In this document: one piece after another, positions 45,001 through 58,756 of the stretch | Position numbering within the stretch: the first letter of the stretch is position 1 | How the letters are laid out: every line of letters begins with the position of its first letter | Source of the DNA: Lepidodermella squamata | Taxonomy: Eukaryota; Animalia; Gastrotricha | Reading direction: 5' to 3' | DNA length: 64,000 bases | Assembly: GCA_047495785.1 (NCBI GenBank) | Contig: JBLDXI010000024.1 | Span: 4,092,001 to 4,156,000, forward strand | Notes under the pieces: model-generated | What the model was told of the DNA's origin: nothing | Seen by the model: the letters and a program-made list of their open reading frames with translations, nothing else | The model's database searches: none | Position numbers and translations under genes: made by a program

Positions 45001-48000
45001 TGCTCAATCGTCAACTTGGCCCTACCTGGCTCGTTCGTAATCGCGCGCCAACATCGAGCGCGAACAGGCAGCGGCCTCCAACAGCGTTCTGGCGGAGATC
45101 AGCGTCGTAAGCTCAGGTAACGCAGATGAAATTTACGTCGCCGCAACGCTGTTTCAGGCCTTTTATAAGCGTTTCAAAGCGACCATGAAATAAGGCCCTA
45201 CCTGTGGTAGGACAAGTAGGCTACACGCCATAACCAACAACATCAATGCAATTTGTCTTTCAGAGCTGAAGGCCGAAAATGAACGGTCGAGAAAGACTCT
45301 CAATGGCCTTACTGCCCGGCTGGCAGCTGCCCTCCGCAGCCTCAAAGACCGACAACCAGCAGCCGCTGTTGGGTAGCAGTCCGACAACAGCCCGCTGCAC
45401 AAGGATCCTCTCAGAGCCGGGGCCAAACGCGTCAAAGCCGCCAACATAGCCAAGACCACAAAGACCCGCAAGATTTCAATCGCAAACGGTCGGGTCGGCC
45501 TTGCTATTGATGCAAGGAGCGACATCCCGAACGTGACGAGGAATGCAAATATGTGATTCCGTGCCCATAATGTGGCATCGCGCCAACCACATCGTGCCGT
45601 CCTGCAGAATCTTGAAAGCCGACATTCGTGAAAATAGGGTTCGCGCAGGTTTTGAGATTCCGAAACCCACAAACCCTGACCATGACTACGACCAGCATGT
45701 TCGACCGTTAGCTCCACCGGGTGGATTTCAGCAGTCAATGGATTGGCTTCGCCGATACGACCCCGCCTCATGTGATTTCGAGACTGGGCTCATGGCTACT
45801 CTGAACAAACTGGGCCAGTTCATCCGTATTATCAGGTATTACAGCTAAGCACTCATTAAATGGACTAATAACACCGATGCGATTATTCTTCGAGCCCAAG
45901 ATTTGGAACGTGCATGGCCTCGACATTCATACCAACAACTTGGTCGAGTCGTGGCATCACAAAATAAATTGCAAACTGACCGGGCCCAATTCAAAATTTA
46001 GGAAAATTAGCCGAGCTTATGATCGATGAGGTTGCATCAATTGACTCCAAGTTGTTGCAACAGGCCGGCGGGCAGAAATTGGGAAATATGCAATATTTGG
46101 AATTTCCTTTCAATGATGCAGTACATTGGTTCCTCAGTCAGCCCCTTCGACTCAACCACCGGGTATTCTATTCCCGCAACCACCGGCACAGCCAGCTATT
46201 TCCACCCAGCAACCATCGGCAACCTCGGTTGATGAGAATCGCGTTGAATTTTTCAGCAGCGACGTGAGCCCGCAAAATGTCACTGGTCGACTTTCTCAAA
46301 GCCATCGAGTCATGGATGAAGACCACTCTGTAGCTATCAGCCCTCCGCCGTCTGCACCTTCGACGCCTGAAACCTACGTTTTCCACCCAGATGGCCGCAA
46401 GTGGCAGGAAGCTGTGGTGAAAAAGATGGAAATCGATCGACGCTGTGTTCGATGCTTTTGAATACATGCAGCCCAGGCAGCATCCTCGTCATTGGCGCCT
46501 GTCTATTCTATGCGGTGGCTTTCTTCATCGTCGGTGTCGACCCTCTTCTCGACAAGACATTCGGAACATTTGTAAGTCATAAATTTTTCATTTGCGCAGC
46601 GGTCTTAATTCTTCTGTCCTTTAGTTGCGAAAATAAATCTGCGGCGTGATTGAGCGCGATGGGTCCCCTCTACTACCAGGCGAGTACGGTGGCGATGGCC
46701 GGCGTTACGTCAAGGATACTCGCATGCGCCTCATGAGTACGTGGGATGGCGACGTGGAGCTGCAGGCAATTTGCGATTACCTGAACGTCGCTATCTTTGT
46801 TTACGGCAACGAGAGCGGGCCGATCTTCCGCGCTGGCCGCGACGCTCCTGCCGACTTTCAAGCTGACCAGTGGGCGAGGAAGCGGCTGGCTCCTTCAACG
46901 CAACCGGACTGGCTTGATGGCGTCTCCCCAGATTGTGGTGATGGTCGGGCCATCTATGTATCTCCGCCTAACGAGCCAGTTGTTTCCATGGAAGAAGATT
47001 GACCGGCGGTCCAACAATGCATTATTGCTTAAGGCGGGAAGGACGATTTCGGAATTTCGACTTTGCTAATTCACAGTTCCATCAATTTAACGAATTTTTC
47101 CATCAAAATTGGCAAAATGCTACTTTCGGATGATGCCTACAAGAATCCGAATGTCAAATTTAGTTATCTCTTACCCTCTTGGAATACGACCAATTTTAAA
47201 ATTGTAAACCGATGCACGCGCCTATATTATTAAGACGTTTTACCCGTAAACGGACTTGAATTTTACCCGTAAATAGAGATTAAGCGTAAATTGCCTGTGA
47301 GTGAACATTTCAGGGGATCGATTGGGTTGGATGGAAGAAAAATTAATTATACGCCTCCGTGTAAAAATTTGCCAAATAGGTTGATGTTTTTTACCTTGAA
47401 CGCTTGTATTTGAGCTATCGATAGCGAGGCCAGCCTTCAGTCCGAGCCAATCCATCGCCAAAACAACAGATTGCCCGAAATCGCCACTCGCCGCTATCAA
47501 CGCAGGTTTCGTCGCTAAATCCGAGCTGCCCAATAGAGTTTTCAGCAACGCCTCGACTGGTTCGTAGATCAGAGGCAAAGGGGCGAAATGGAGAAGCTGA
47601 GCTGCGCATTGAATGGCTAAATAGGCGTCGGAATCTGGTAGAATTCTCAGCGAATCGACGATAGCTGTTAGCAGACGTTCGGCCGCAACTGGGCTGTCTG
47701 GCATTCCAGTCGGATTTTTCGTCAATGCCAACAACAACTGGTAGGATGGCTTCAACAAATGCCTAAAATCAGGAGAAAAATTAATCAAATTTTAGATTCA
47801 AAATTTCAAATTTCCTCCATAAATTACAAAAACCAACATAAGTTTTGGGTGGTAGAATTAAAAATCGACAGAAAATGTAGTCCATGATATTTCCGCTTTT
47901 AATTAAAGCAAAATTTGCAAGGCTCACAATTTGTTCACTGTCTCATTTGATGATAATCACGGAATCTGAGAAATTGTTCGATTGTGCTAAAAAAAATCCG

Positions 48001-51000
48001 AAAAATATAATCCAATTTTTGACAAAATTCTATAAAACTGCACCTGGCTGGAATATAGGAGATAGGCGAAGCTGATGAGGTTTCTGAATTCATTCTGTCG
48101 TACCTTGTCATGCTACTTCAAGTTCACGTTTGGACGCATTGCCAGAGCTGTTTCAAGCCGAGCAGAACTCAAATATTTGCGGATATGTGTTCCCCAAAAA
48201 CATCGTCTCGGCCCACTTTTTGCAGTCAGCCTAATTTTCTATCAACAAGAGCTGCGATAAACCGCGAAATCGAACTTTGGAAGAAGATGGAACTCTGCGA
48301 AGAAGACGACTATCCTCTACAAATTTGGGCATCTCTTGAGGGGAAATCTCCGAAACGCAGCAAACGCAGCAAAAACCGTTGTAATCGATCAACGCGCAGA
48401 AGAGACGAAATATAGCAGGGAGGGAAGGAGCTGCATGATGACAGAATTGTTTTGTAATGACGCCTAATAAAAGTATACCATGCGTTTTCGTCATTTTCGA
48501 TTAAATTGACCTAATCCAATGAGATTTCAAAGGTCTCCCAGTTGTACTCGAGCGATATCCTTGGCAAATATATCGGCATCAGCTTGGTAGGAAAAATATG
48601 GTATCGAAAAATGTGATTGAAAATTTTACAAATTATCGTTTTGTAGTCCAACTCTGTCTCTAGAATGACGATTTGCGATTGCTGGCCGACACGAGCTTAT
48701 AGTTGCAAATTTTCGTCGAGTGCTCTGACTGTGCGGCCCCAGAGCATGATTTCAAAAATTTCAAAATTGGACTCGAAAGATGGTCCTCAATTAGCTCTTT
48801 TAATTGAGGATAAGCACTACTTTTACGGAAATTTCTTCTAAACGATCGGCTTCAAAAAATCTCGAACGTTAAATCTTCAAAAGATCGATTCGAAGTCGAA
48901 TCTTCCGATTTTTCAAGGCGTGGCCCTCAACTCAACCTCGGAACCTTTAATGAAAAGCAGATGAAATCCAACTACGGAGAAGCCACTATTTTAGCTCTAT
49001 CCAACTTAGCCCGGGTCGATGGAACAATTTAAACACCAACATCTCACCTCAGATCCTTCATTCAAATTCGGCCCTGCCTAATCGATACTCTTCGCACTCT
49101 ATCGCCTTCAGTGCGATGAACTTGACGGACATCAAGGGTCGAAATCCTTCAAGATCTGTTGTTTATTTACATCAACGGAGCTCTTCGACATCGATTCCTA
49201 CGCAACATTGCGGCGACAACATGGGCACTCATCTGCCAAGCTCAGCCAAGCCCTTGAAGGACGAAAGAAAGAAAAAACTCTGAATAAGAGTTAATGAAAG
49301 CTGAGTTGTTTTCCTATCGATTATAATGAGGCTTTTTAACTGGATCTCACTGTCCAAAAAGTATAATGCCATATTTGCATATCCGGAACCAGTAGTGATA
49401 TTTAACCTGCCCCTCCAACCTCCGCTGATCTCTCGCACCTTCCATGACGAGCGAGCCATCTCCGCTGCCGGAGAAATTTGTATATACTTGTAATTAATTA
49501 AAAAAAAGGAAGGAGTTTCCTTGCCGTTCAGCCGTTATAAAGCCCTCTCCGACTACCGCCGGCGACGAATTGCCTCTGACGCCAAATACAATCAGTCCAA
49601 ATACCTTACTCGGCCGTTATCGAAAAGCCGTGGTGGAAAGTTAGAAATTAAAAGAAAAACGTGACCAAACAATCATCAAAATGTGGAAGACGAGGTCGAG
49701 AAAAGGGGCGACACCTTCACGAATGCTTCATTCACCATAGCCTTCTCCCGAAATTGTTCGTTATAAATTGAAAGGGGGCATTTTTACGGCATTTGATTGA
49801 TATAAATTCCAGGAAGAAAGGCGAGAAGACGGGTTTGTTAACTACCGCTGTTGCTATGGTCGATCGAAAGGGTTGAAGGCTATCAACGTACATGCTTGAT
49901 ATTAAATAATTTTCCAGTACAAGAGTTCAATAAATTATTTAGTCTAACAAAAACCTGATCCTTTCAACCACTCCGCCCGGTTGCGAAACATTATTATTGA
50001 ATTTTTTGACGGAAGCGACAGTAATATTTGCGAATTATTTGAATTATTATAAATTGGCCTGTTTTTGTGAATCCGAGTCTTAATTAGCGCAGTGTCTTGT
50101 ACATGCGTGTGTGTTTGCGTGGAGTTTAAGTTAAATTAATTGTTGGGCGAATTGGTTGGGCGAAATTGGGGAATAAATTGAGCGTGTGCGCAATTGAGTG
50201 AACTAAGTTGGGCGATCGGGAACACCCCAGATATTGGTAAGTATAAAAATCCAGAATAAATTGGGTTTTCGTTTTTTCGTTTTCATAAAATGTGATAACT
50301 CAGACTCTGCGTTAAAAAAAAGTGAAAATGAAGCAATTGAAAATCAAAATTTAGGTAATTTTAATTCAATTTATTGTTGAATAAATTATTTTAATTTTTA
50401 ATTTTTTTGTTTCAATTTTTTGTTTCATTTTCAATTTATTTAATGAGTTTTGCTGAACCTCAAAACCCTTAATGAAAAGCAGATGAAATCCAACTTAAGC
50501 TCTATCCACAGCAGACTGAGAATATCTCGATTTTGTTCGAAAATATCTAATTAATTTAAGGCTGACTGGATCGACTGAAAAGATCCATAAAATGTTTTGG
50601 TCAATTTCGGTTAAAAATTAAAAAAATTGTAAATTAAAACCTCAACTTACTTGAAATTCAACTTCAGAAACAACGGCAGCGCCTCAGTCGCCAGGTACTT
50701 GAACGTCGTAATGTGGCTATTCAGGCCGAAAAATTTCTCCGCCAATGCCGGACTCGAGCAAAATCCGTTGATGCACCTCAAAACAGCCGCAGCTACCAAA
50801 TCATCGCTCGGCAATCGCAACCGCTCGATCAACTCATCGACGACTTCAAAACTCAACAAAACCGAATTATCGCTCGATTTTTCCAGGGAGTTTACAATAA
50901 TTTCAACCAACTCGATGCAGGTGATTAAAATCAACCGCCAATTCGCTGTTTCAACCGACGAATTTAGACTCGATTTCGAGGCGGATAGACGCATTAATCT

Positions 51001-51693
51001 CGCGAGGATGAAGGAAAAACCTTGAAAATTAACGAAAATTCCGTTGTTAAACTGCTTTTTCAGTAGGGCAGTCAGCCATTTAATCGATTCACCAGATTCT
51101 TGCTCATTCATTATAATTTCAGCTAGAATTTCTGCCGATTTTTGAGCGATGAAATAATCGAGATCTAGCAGCGGCGTATTCGTGAATGACTCAGCAAGAA
51201 TTCGAGCTGATAAGCAGCGTAACCCAGGGTCGGGTTGTTCGAGTAATTTCGCCAGGATAAACGCTGAGCTTTGCTGCAATTGCCAATTATCAACAAAATC
51301 CAACGACAGCCGAACGGGTAGTAACAGCCGTAAAATCGTTGAAATCGCCAGCAGACACGAATTTTCAGCACATTGAATCAGCATGTTTAAAACAATTGAG
51401 GCGACGTGAATTGCTAATTGATCCCGACCTGGGTCTGGAATTTGACTCGATTTTAAATACCGGCGTTCTAAAACGTGTTCGTAAGCTTCGATGGCGGCAT
51501 CGACTAGCAGTGGCTGGTTGAAATTTGCGGACAGAATGTCGGCGACTGAATGGATGATTCGCATTTGGCATTGTTCGATGGCTTGTTGGTAGACGCCTTC
51601 GGTTAAATTAGCATTCGGTCGGGTATTAGCGACGATTACCAGCTCGTCAAGCAACGATCTCAGGTTATTAAGCACAACCTGCACTTCACTCAT
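42078..51693 (-). CDS. Large ARM/HEAT-repeat protein of about 1118 aa, possibly MEI1-like; exons 51693-50651, 47762-47395, 44020-42078
   Basis: Three Leu-rich exons join in phase through GT-AG introns. Segments PLIYEPVEALLKTLL and ILNRNKPVISWICADFAEILL resemble remembered MEI1 stretches. The gene model is solid; the identity is tentative. Confidence 0.65.
44256..47100 (+). mobile_element. Degenerate MULE with transposase remnants and an OTU cysteine-protease domain (intronic)
   Basis: CDFETGLMA (about 45770) and HTNNLVESWHHKIN (about 45930) are MULE motifs. GACLFYAVA (about 46495) and TWDGDVELQAICDYLNVAIFVY (about 46740) are OTU motifs. Confidence 0.7.
48050..50228 (+). mobile_element. MULE-like remnant with a right TIR of the same family as 29202-29322
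   Basis: GTTGGGCGA repeats ending GGGAACACCCC at 50142-50228; CYFKF near 48110 resembles the MULE CxFH motif. Left limit uncertain. Confidence 0.5.
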
Positions 51694-52440
51694 TCGTCAA
51701 TAAAAACCTATAAAAAAATTGAAGAATGCGTGATTTAAAAGTGAAAATTCCACCTTAAAAATTCTCCGTTTTGCCTTTTATGAAAACACCGTAATACAGC
51801 TTGAGATTTTAATCCATGAAAAATGCAGAGATTTCTTAAAATAGAGGCAAATCTAATTAAAGTAGCTGCCTAGCCAAATTCGATAAGAAAAGCGATGAAC
51901 ACTACAAACTGTTATGTGGTTATTTGCACGTGCTTTTTTCCCCAAAAGCACACACGACACACACTGCATCGTTCATTAGTGATAAGCAGAAAAGCAACGT
52001 GCTGAAGTAAAAAAACCAGCATGAATGAAAACACTACTACGCGATTACGGTAGCACATGGGCGTAGGCCAAATAACCTCGCGCAGTTTTTGCCCTCGGAC
52101 ATGCGGTGTGACCTAGAAGGCTAGTAATAAAACACCGAAGGAGCATTATTGCTCTTGGCTTGACCTACATTCGACTAACATTTCGTCGTTCATAGCGATA
52201 TTATTATTGCGATCTACCTTCCGTTCATCAAATTGCACGTTGTCGCCATTTGTTTGTTTAAAATCCGAGAAAATTGAAGAAAAAGTAAATACTTTGAAAG
52301 AGGGAGTTTGATTTATTTATACATGTAGCTCAAAAATAAGTTTAGATTATTACGCAACAATGTTTTCCTCGCCATCAGTCGATGGAAAAAAGCCGAAAAG
52401 AGCCAACTAAGTTGCTTTTGCTGTTTAAGTAACTTGTAAA

Positions 52441-53098
52441 TTAATTTGTTATAAGTTGAGAGTTGTTGATCAGCGTCTGAATGACTATATGCGGAAGAAT
52501 GAGAGCACGTTGCTCAAGTTGAGTTGTGAGTTGATCCAAAGTAGTCCGTTCTGAAATCGGCGCCGCCCCGATGCATATGCCAATAAGTTGGCGGCCATAT
52601 GCCTTGAAGCATGGACCGCCAGAATCACCGGGGAGGGAGCCTGCCGTGCCGTAAATGTTTCCACAGGAATCATAGACGTCACTGGCAATGACGCCATCGG
52701 CAATGCTTAATGTGCCAGGAATTTCGGTAGACAACCCGATTTGAAAATATTTCAACCCTGAACAGTCAACATATTAGACATCAGGGTCGATGAAATCAAT
52801 GAAACGAACCAGTGTAATACGAACAGTAATTTGGGAAATCAACTGGCGTTCTCGTTTTGAGCAATACAATATCTTCTTTGTCGAATATGCGCCATACATT
52901 GGTATCCACGACGTTTCCAGTAAAAGCATTCTTGAGCTGAACATTCTCACCCTCAACCCATGAACTATGTCGAATTGTTGCGATGACGCCTTTGGCAACG
53001 GCTGTGTGACAATAGGCACTACCTGTAAGAGGCAGGTAAATGAAGTTACTTGCATAATCACAAGCGCCAATATACAGGTTTTCGTTGTTGATTGACAT
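52441..53098 (-). CDS. Trypsin-fold (Trypsin_2-like) serine protease without a signal peptide; exons 53098-52810 and 52757-52441
   Basis: Putative triad ATIRH, EDIVLL and PGDSGGP; 52-bp phase-1 intron. Confidence 0.7.
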
Positions 53099-53199
53099 GG
53101 TAAAATTGCAGATCTGAGACATAGGCAAAAAAATTTACATACTTGATAGGCAAAAATAAAATGCGGGAAGAAATCATCATCCTGGCGACTTGAGAAGCT

Positions 53200-53487
53200 T
53201 CTAGAAAATTGGTTTATACCATGTTGGGAAATTTCTCTATCCTAGATATAAAATTTGTCCAGTAACTTTTTTATTTTATTTTATTTTTTTATTTTTATGA
53301 TCTTGCGACTTGGGCTTTAAATTCTTTCGCCGCGTTTTGCTTCAGAGATAATTCCGAAGTATTATCAGCAAACAATAAATTTTCGAGCCTAAAAATGTCG
53401 GAAAATCAAAATAAAATAGTTACCGGACACATTTTACATCGTTGGATAGAGACAATTCTCAACATGGTATGAACCAATTTTCTTAGA
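53200..53487. repeat. Imperfect inverted repeat with arms of about 45 bp (53200-53242 and 53444-53487)
   Basis: CTAGAAAATTGGTTTATACCATGTTGGGAAATTTCTCTATCC versus the reverse complement of GGATAGAGACAATTCTCAACATGGTATGAACCAATTTTCTTAG. Confidence 0.75.
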
Positions 53488-54998
53488 ATTTTCAATAAAT
53501 TTCTGAAAAAGCCAACCGCTGCAGAAAAATGGCAAATTTCCAGCCGACAATCTGAAATGCTAGAAAATCAATCATGCGAGCCTCCAAAATGTATCTGGGC
53601 TCATTCGATGGACCGCGAAATCTAGTATTAATCTGCCGAAACTAAAAAAATTTGAAAAATGAGTATTGAAATGTCGATTTTTAAAAATAATTAAATTTAT
53701 ATTGGGCGTTGAGTGATCAAAAAAATTGGTCGCGTGCCGCGCTTCTTGCAATAAAAGCTCGAATAAATTCACTATATGGGAAGATCTGTTACAGTGTTGT
53801 CTATGCCCACACTAGTACGCTGTGCAGACGGTAAGAAATCTACTTGCAGCCATGATATTTGTACCATGGGAGTCACTCTGGGAAGGTCATCTTTTTTATT
53901 TTCAATTCAATTCCATTGCAAGACATTGCAAGGAATCTATATAATTTGTCAGTGTCCAGGATTTATTGCTCACTCAGATCTCATCCGGCAAGATCGGCTT
54001 GGCTTATAAGGCACGTCATTGTTATCGCTGTTGCCAACAAAAATTACCGCTTTACCATGGTCGGAAATTGGTCATAATCGAATTCTTGTTATAATTTCTC
54101 TTGATTATAAATCTTGTGGCATTTTTTAAAAATTCACGCCCCAATTTTCAGGCGGTTTATTCAGACTGAGGCGTTGCGACTGATTTGGAAAAATAATATT
54201 TTCTCTATTATAGACGAGGCTCGGAAAATTGTAGCACACCTGTGACCATTTGTAGCACAGTGTGTGCGCGCGTAGCACACCTGCGCAATTTGTAGCACAA
54301 AGTAAATATTGTAGCTCAGCTGCGCAAATTGTAGCACAATTAAAATTAAATTTGTAGCACAAGCGATATTTCACCGAATTTGATTCCGAATGCCGATTTC
54401 GATTCACAATAACTTCCAACTCGAAGCAAGACCCCCAAAACACCATCATTTGTATATCTTACCGTTGAATGGGGTTGAACGGTGGGGTTTTTATCAGCCA
54501 TGAACGGTGAACGATGGCTGATGAAAATTGGGCAGCCACTGGGTGTTTTGCTACATCGGCAATGCCGATAATACGGAGATGATTCACGGGCAACTGGGTT
54601 CCCGCAACCGCAACTGGGCCAATGAAGCGGAACATGCGTTGCTACTGCGATTTTGAAGCAGAACCAACGCTTGCCGCGCGGCTCAACCAACGCGGTTCAA
54701 CACGTTCAACCACCGACACTTTTCCACCTCCATTAGCTAGCTATCATTCAGGGATCATCAGCGATTGGCTCCCACTCGATTCGATTAGCTGAGTACAAGC
54801 ATTGCGTATTGCCAATGATTGCAGCCACACCTGATGAATAGAATTCGGACCTCTCGCGCTTTACAAGAACGACCGCACCAAGGCCACGGTTATAAAGCGC
54901 ACATCCAGTGTAATATGAGGATAATCCCCCTTAATCTCACCTAGGCGTGCAAACGGTAGCGATTTTGTGTGGCGCTGTGCACGAATGGGACGCTAGTA

Positions 54999-57900
54999 CA
55001 GGGTGTTCTTTTTAAAACCGAACATCCGCCGCGCGCGTTGGAAAATCGCGTGCTACCGCAAATTTTTATGCACAAAATTAAATATCCTTTTAAAAATATT
55101 TTTATTTTATTATATTAATAATTTTTTTTAAATAAAAATTTTGTTGCTACGGAAAAGCGTGCTGCGCGATGCCGCGCGTTTTCGCGTTGTAGCCGCTCCG
55201 CGCACCGCAAGTTCCCCGGCGCGCAACTTCATCCCCGTAATTCCGCATTTTATCACCGGTGACGACACCTTTGTTAGTGTTTTTCTGATAGCATTTCAAG
55301 CATTTAATAAGGCAGCCGGCGTCATTTTTTCTAAATATGGCTCAATTAGACGTATGCGCTAAGCCTAAACAAGCCATTTTTATGCCGTTTTTCGCAGATC
55401 TTAAGCGTTTAACCCCGGAAACTTTCACATAAGTGCGGTTATACCTTGCGGAAACAGTGTTTCTAAGTACAGTAATGTATTCTCTACAAGATTACCACAG
55501 CCGTTTTTGTAGGATGATGGTTATTTTTAGCACGTCTGCCCTAACAGCCAGCCGGTCTTTCAGAGCATAGATCTCATTATCACCATCTTCAAGGAGGTCT
55601 ATGCTTTCAAATCACCCGTCAAAAACACTGTCTCTCATTGTTTTCTTGTAAAGCAGAGTAAATACTACTTAGTTACCGTTACTTTTTGGAGGGTCACCGC
55701 GGTTTTTCACTTGCTGCTGCTATGGATGCATTCTGTCGATAAATGGAGTTTTTCGGGATATTCGGAACATTTACAATGTTAGCAAACAATTCAGCGGTCA
55801 AATGGGAGCTCAAATGAGTGAATTCACTAGGAGGCATAAATACTTTGACAATGAAACAAGAAAAAGTCGGTGTTGCCATACTAACTCGTGAGCAGGAGGG
55901 ACTTCCTTCTGCCATACCTGCTGTGTTAGATCTCATGCTCTGGCAAGATGAACGATCTTCAAGATGGTCCATGTCATGAATTTTGCTTAATTAGCATTGT
56001 TACTCATTGTTTTCTGGTAGAATAGAGTGTAAATTTCTTAGTTACCATGTCTTTTTGGGGGGTCACCGTGGTTTTTCTCGTTTTACGGCTTAGGATGCAT
56101 TTAGACGTTAAAATGGAGTTATTCGGGTTTATCGGAACATTTATTGATGCTGGGAAATAATCAACGGTCAGATATGGGTAAAATTGGGTGATTTTGCTTG
56201 GAGACTATATCAATATGACGACAAAGCAGGAAAAAGCTAGTGTTGCTGCCGTAATTCGAGCGCAGGATCGACTTTCGTCTGCCCTACACACTCTGGTTAG
56301 ACGTCATCATTGAGTCAGATCAGCAACCTTAAGGATAGCCCATTTTATGAAATAATCTGGTAAGAACAATCTTTCTCATGGTTTTATTGTAGAATAAACT
56401 GTATATTTCTTTGTTACCATTACTTTTAGGTTGGACAACGCGGTTTTCCGCTTTAAGTGGCTTGGCATGCCTTTTTCGGGTTTTTTCGGGTTTTTCGGGA
56501 TATTTTTGGTCGTAGCAAATAATTTAGCGGTTAAATTTTGGCCAACATAAGTGAACTTGCTAAGAGAAGATGTCAGTTTGACAATAAAGCAGAAAAATGC
56601 TGGCGTTGCCGCCCTAACTCGAGCGCTGGGTCGGCTTTCTGATACCATACCATCCTTGTTAGAGGACGTTTCAACGCGTTGTAGCCGCAATCCTTCGTGA
56701 TTTATGGGGCCATATGACGTCGATGCATGAATTTTAGGCATTGTGTGAATATATAGCTTTAATCGTGTTAAAATTCTGCAAAAGACTTGACCCGTTGACA
56801 CATTTCAGCCGCTGCTACTGGTTTTCAGCGGCCGCATTTAGGGCTAAGGTTTGAAATCGTTTGTTTTCGCTTATTCTTCTATTTCTCCGGGAAATTCAGC
56901 GGGTGGGGCGCGTTATATTATTGTGATTTATTGCGCTTGAAGTTACATCAATCAAATAGTTTACCACTAAAATATTACAAGAAACGTAAAATCTATGCGA
57001 GAATGCTGGACTGTTCTTACAGGACGCGTAGAATCAGAGATCAAAGGGATGCATATAAAAGACAAAGACTGGCGTGGTGTTAAACTTGCTTTGTTACCGC
57101 AGTCTCACAAACAGTTACACCCGCCCGCAACTGCGGTTACCGCAGGGAAATGGATGACAGGACACGGGCATCACCACGGAATATTCCCGCCGCTGCCCTG
57201 CGCCGCCGCAAACGAGTGATCAATGTCTGAATAAGATCTCGGTTGTCAGCCCAAGCGTTGTCTCAGTCATCGGCTGTTTTCAAATCTCCGGCGGATCCAG
57301 TGATACCAATGAATTTTTCGCCGAAAATGATGCTAAATTCTCACTCTTAACGACTTACGCCGCGCGCCGGATGCTGCCAATGATGTTAAAGTTTACATGA
57401 CGTTTTGTTAAACACTCAACTTGATCTGAATGGTGCAAATAAACGGCTGTTCATAGCCTAGCGATGTTGATTTTCCATGCTATGGATGTTAAGGATGCAT
57501 TTATGAGTAAAAGAGATGCTAAGCGCTCTCTTTACTTGAAAGCAATCTTGCTATAAGGAATTCCTTACTAAGGATGTCCTTACTAAGCAAGACATCCTTA
57601 GCAAGATGGCTTCCAAGTAAGGACGCGGTGTCACTGGTATGCTTGGTAGGAATGGCTTACTCAACAATCCTTACTCAGACTTCGCCGCTTCAGACTTAGC
57701 GATCTAAGGATCTGATCTCAGATGGACCTGTGCACCTTAAAAGACGCGGCGTAGAGTGAAGAGTGAGTGTCCATAGTTATGACTATTAGGATGACAGTCC
57801 TTACTAAGCACTGACTTGTAAACCACTATCCTTAGTAAGGAACATGACTGATGTTACGAACAGCAGCAAACGAAATGAACTGAGCGGCTAAATCATCGTA

Positions 57901-58756
57901 ATCTAAAATACCTTGTATTTTTTCTTTTTGATATTATGAACATGTTCTACGAGACAGCTTTGATGATAACGGTGGTAACGCCTTTGAGATCTGCTTTAAT
58001 TAGTCTATAGAAGTTAGCTACGGCCTCACTGCGGACGACGAAGTATCACACAAGGATGAGAGAACATCAAGGATAAAGAAGGAAGGCAACGTGTCTTCCG
58101 CATCAGCAACATCTATGCCAGTAAATTCGACATGTTTCCCCCCAGCTTTCCGTTTATTTACATGATACCACTGCCCTTTTCATCGTGAAACAGCTAGTTG
58201 CATTGCATTTCGCCCAGAAAAGGGTGCGTTTCTCTGATCCGCGGACTGAAACTTGAGCGACAAGTTTTCAAGGCCGCTTGTTATATCATTAGACTCCTCA
58301 AGACAGCAGAAAACCACGTTGCACCGCCGTCTTCTTGATTCCAGCGGTGGATTTCAACGGCAAGGAAGCGCAATTTAAGGCTCTTTTCACCGATTTTGGG
58401 TATACCACATTGCGAAAACTGAGACCGAATAAGAAAAAACGGCGCGGCTAAAACATTTAGCTCGCTTAACTGACTTGAATGATGCGCGGCAAGGAGCCGC
58501 GCGCTTGCCGGTTACCTTAGGAACCAGGCGCGAAAACCCTGATTTCAGGCGTTTTAACCGCTAAAATTTAAAAACCGACGCGTCGACGTGGCAACGCGCG
58601 CTAAAATTCAAGGGCATCGTGCAATTGAAAATAAAATTAAAAAGTTATATTAAAAGTGATAAAAAATTATTTTAGTAAAATTATTTTTGTAAAATAGCCG
58701 GCAAATTTATTTTTCGCGACTACGGCAGGATGTTCGGTTTTAAAAAGAACACCCTG
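54999..58756. mobile_element. Non-autonomous Tc1/mariner-type element (3.76 kb) nested in the MULE
   Basis: Perfect 29-bp TIR CAGGGTGTTCTTTTTAAAACCGAACATCC with TA TSDs; no transposase ORF. Confidence 0.9.
55300..56760. repeat. Diverged tandem repeat of about 370 bp, 3-4 units, inside the Tc1 element
   Basis: Anchor TTACC.T.ACTTTTGG.GGGTCACCG.GGTTTTTC recurs at about 55673, 56042 and 56414. Confidence 0.7.

Noticed and set aside
45163-45771. 202-aa hydrophobic minus-strand ORF
   Set aside because: Antisense to MULE remnants inside an intron.
53137-53600. Possible upstream exons of the protease or the MEI1-like gene
   Set aside because: The open stretches coincide with the inverted-repeat arms, and an in-frame stop precedes the ATG at 51693.
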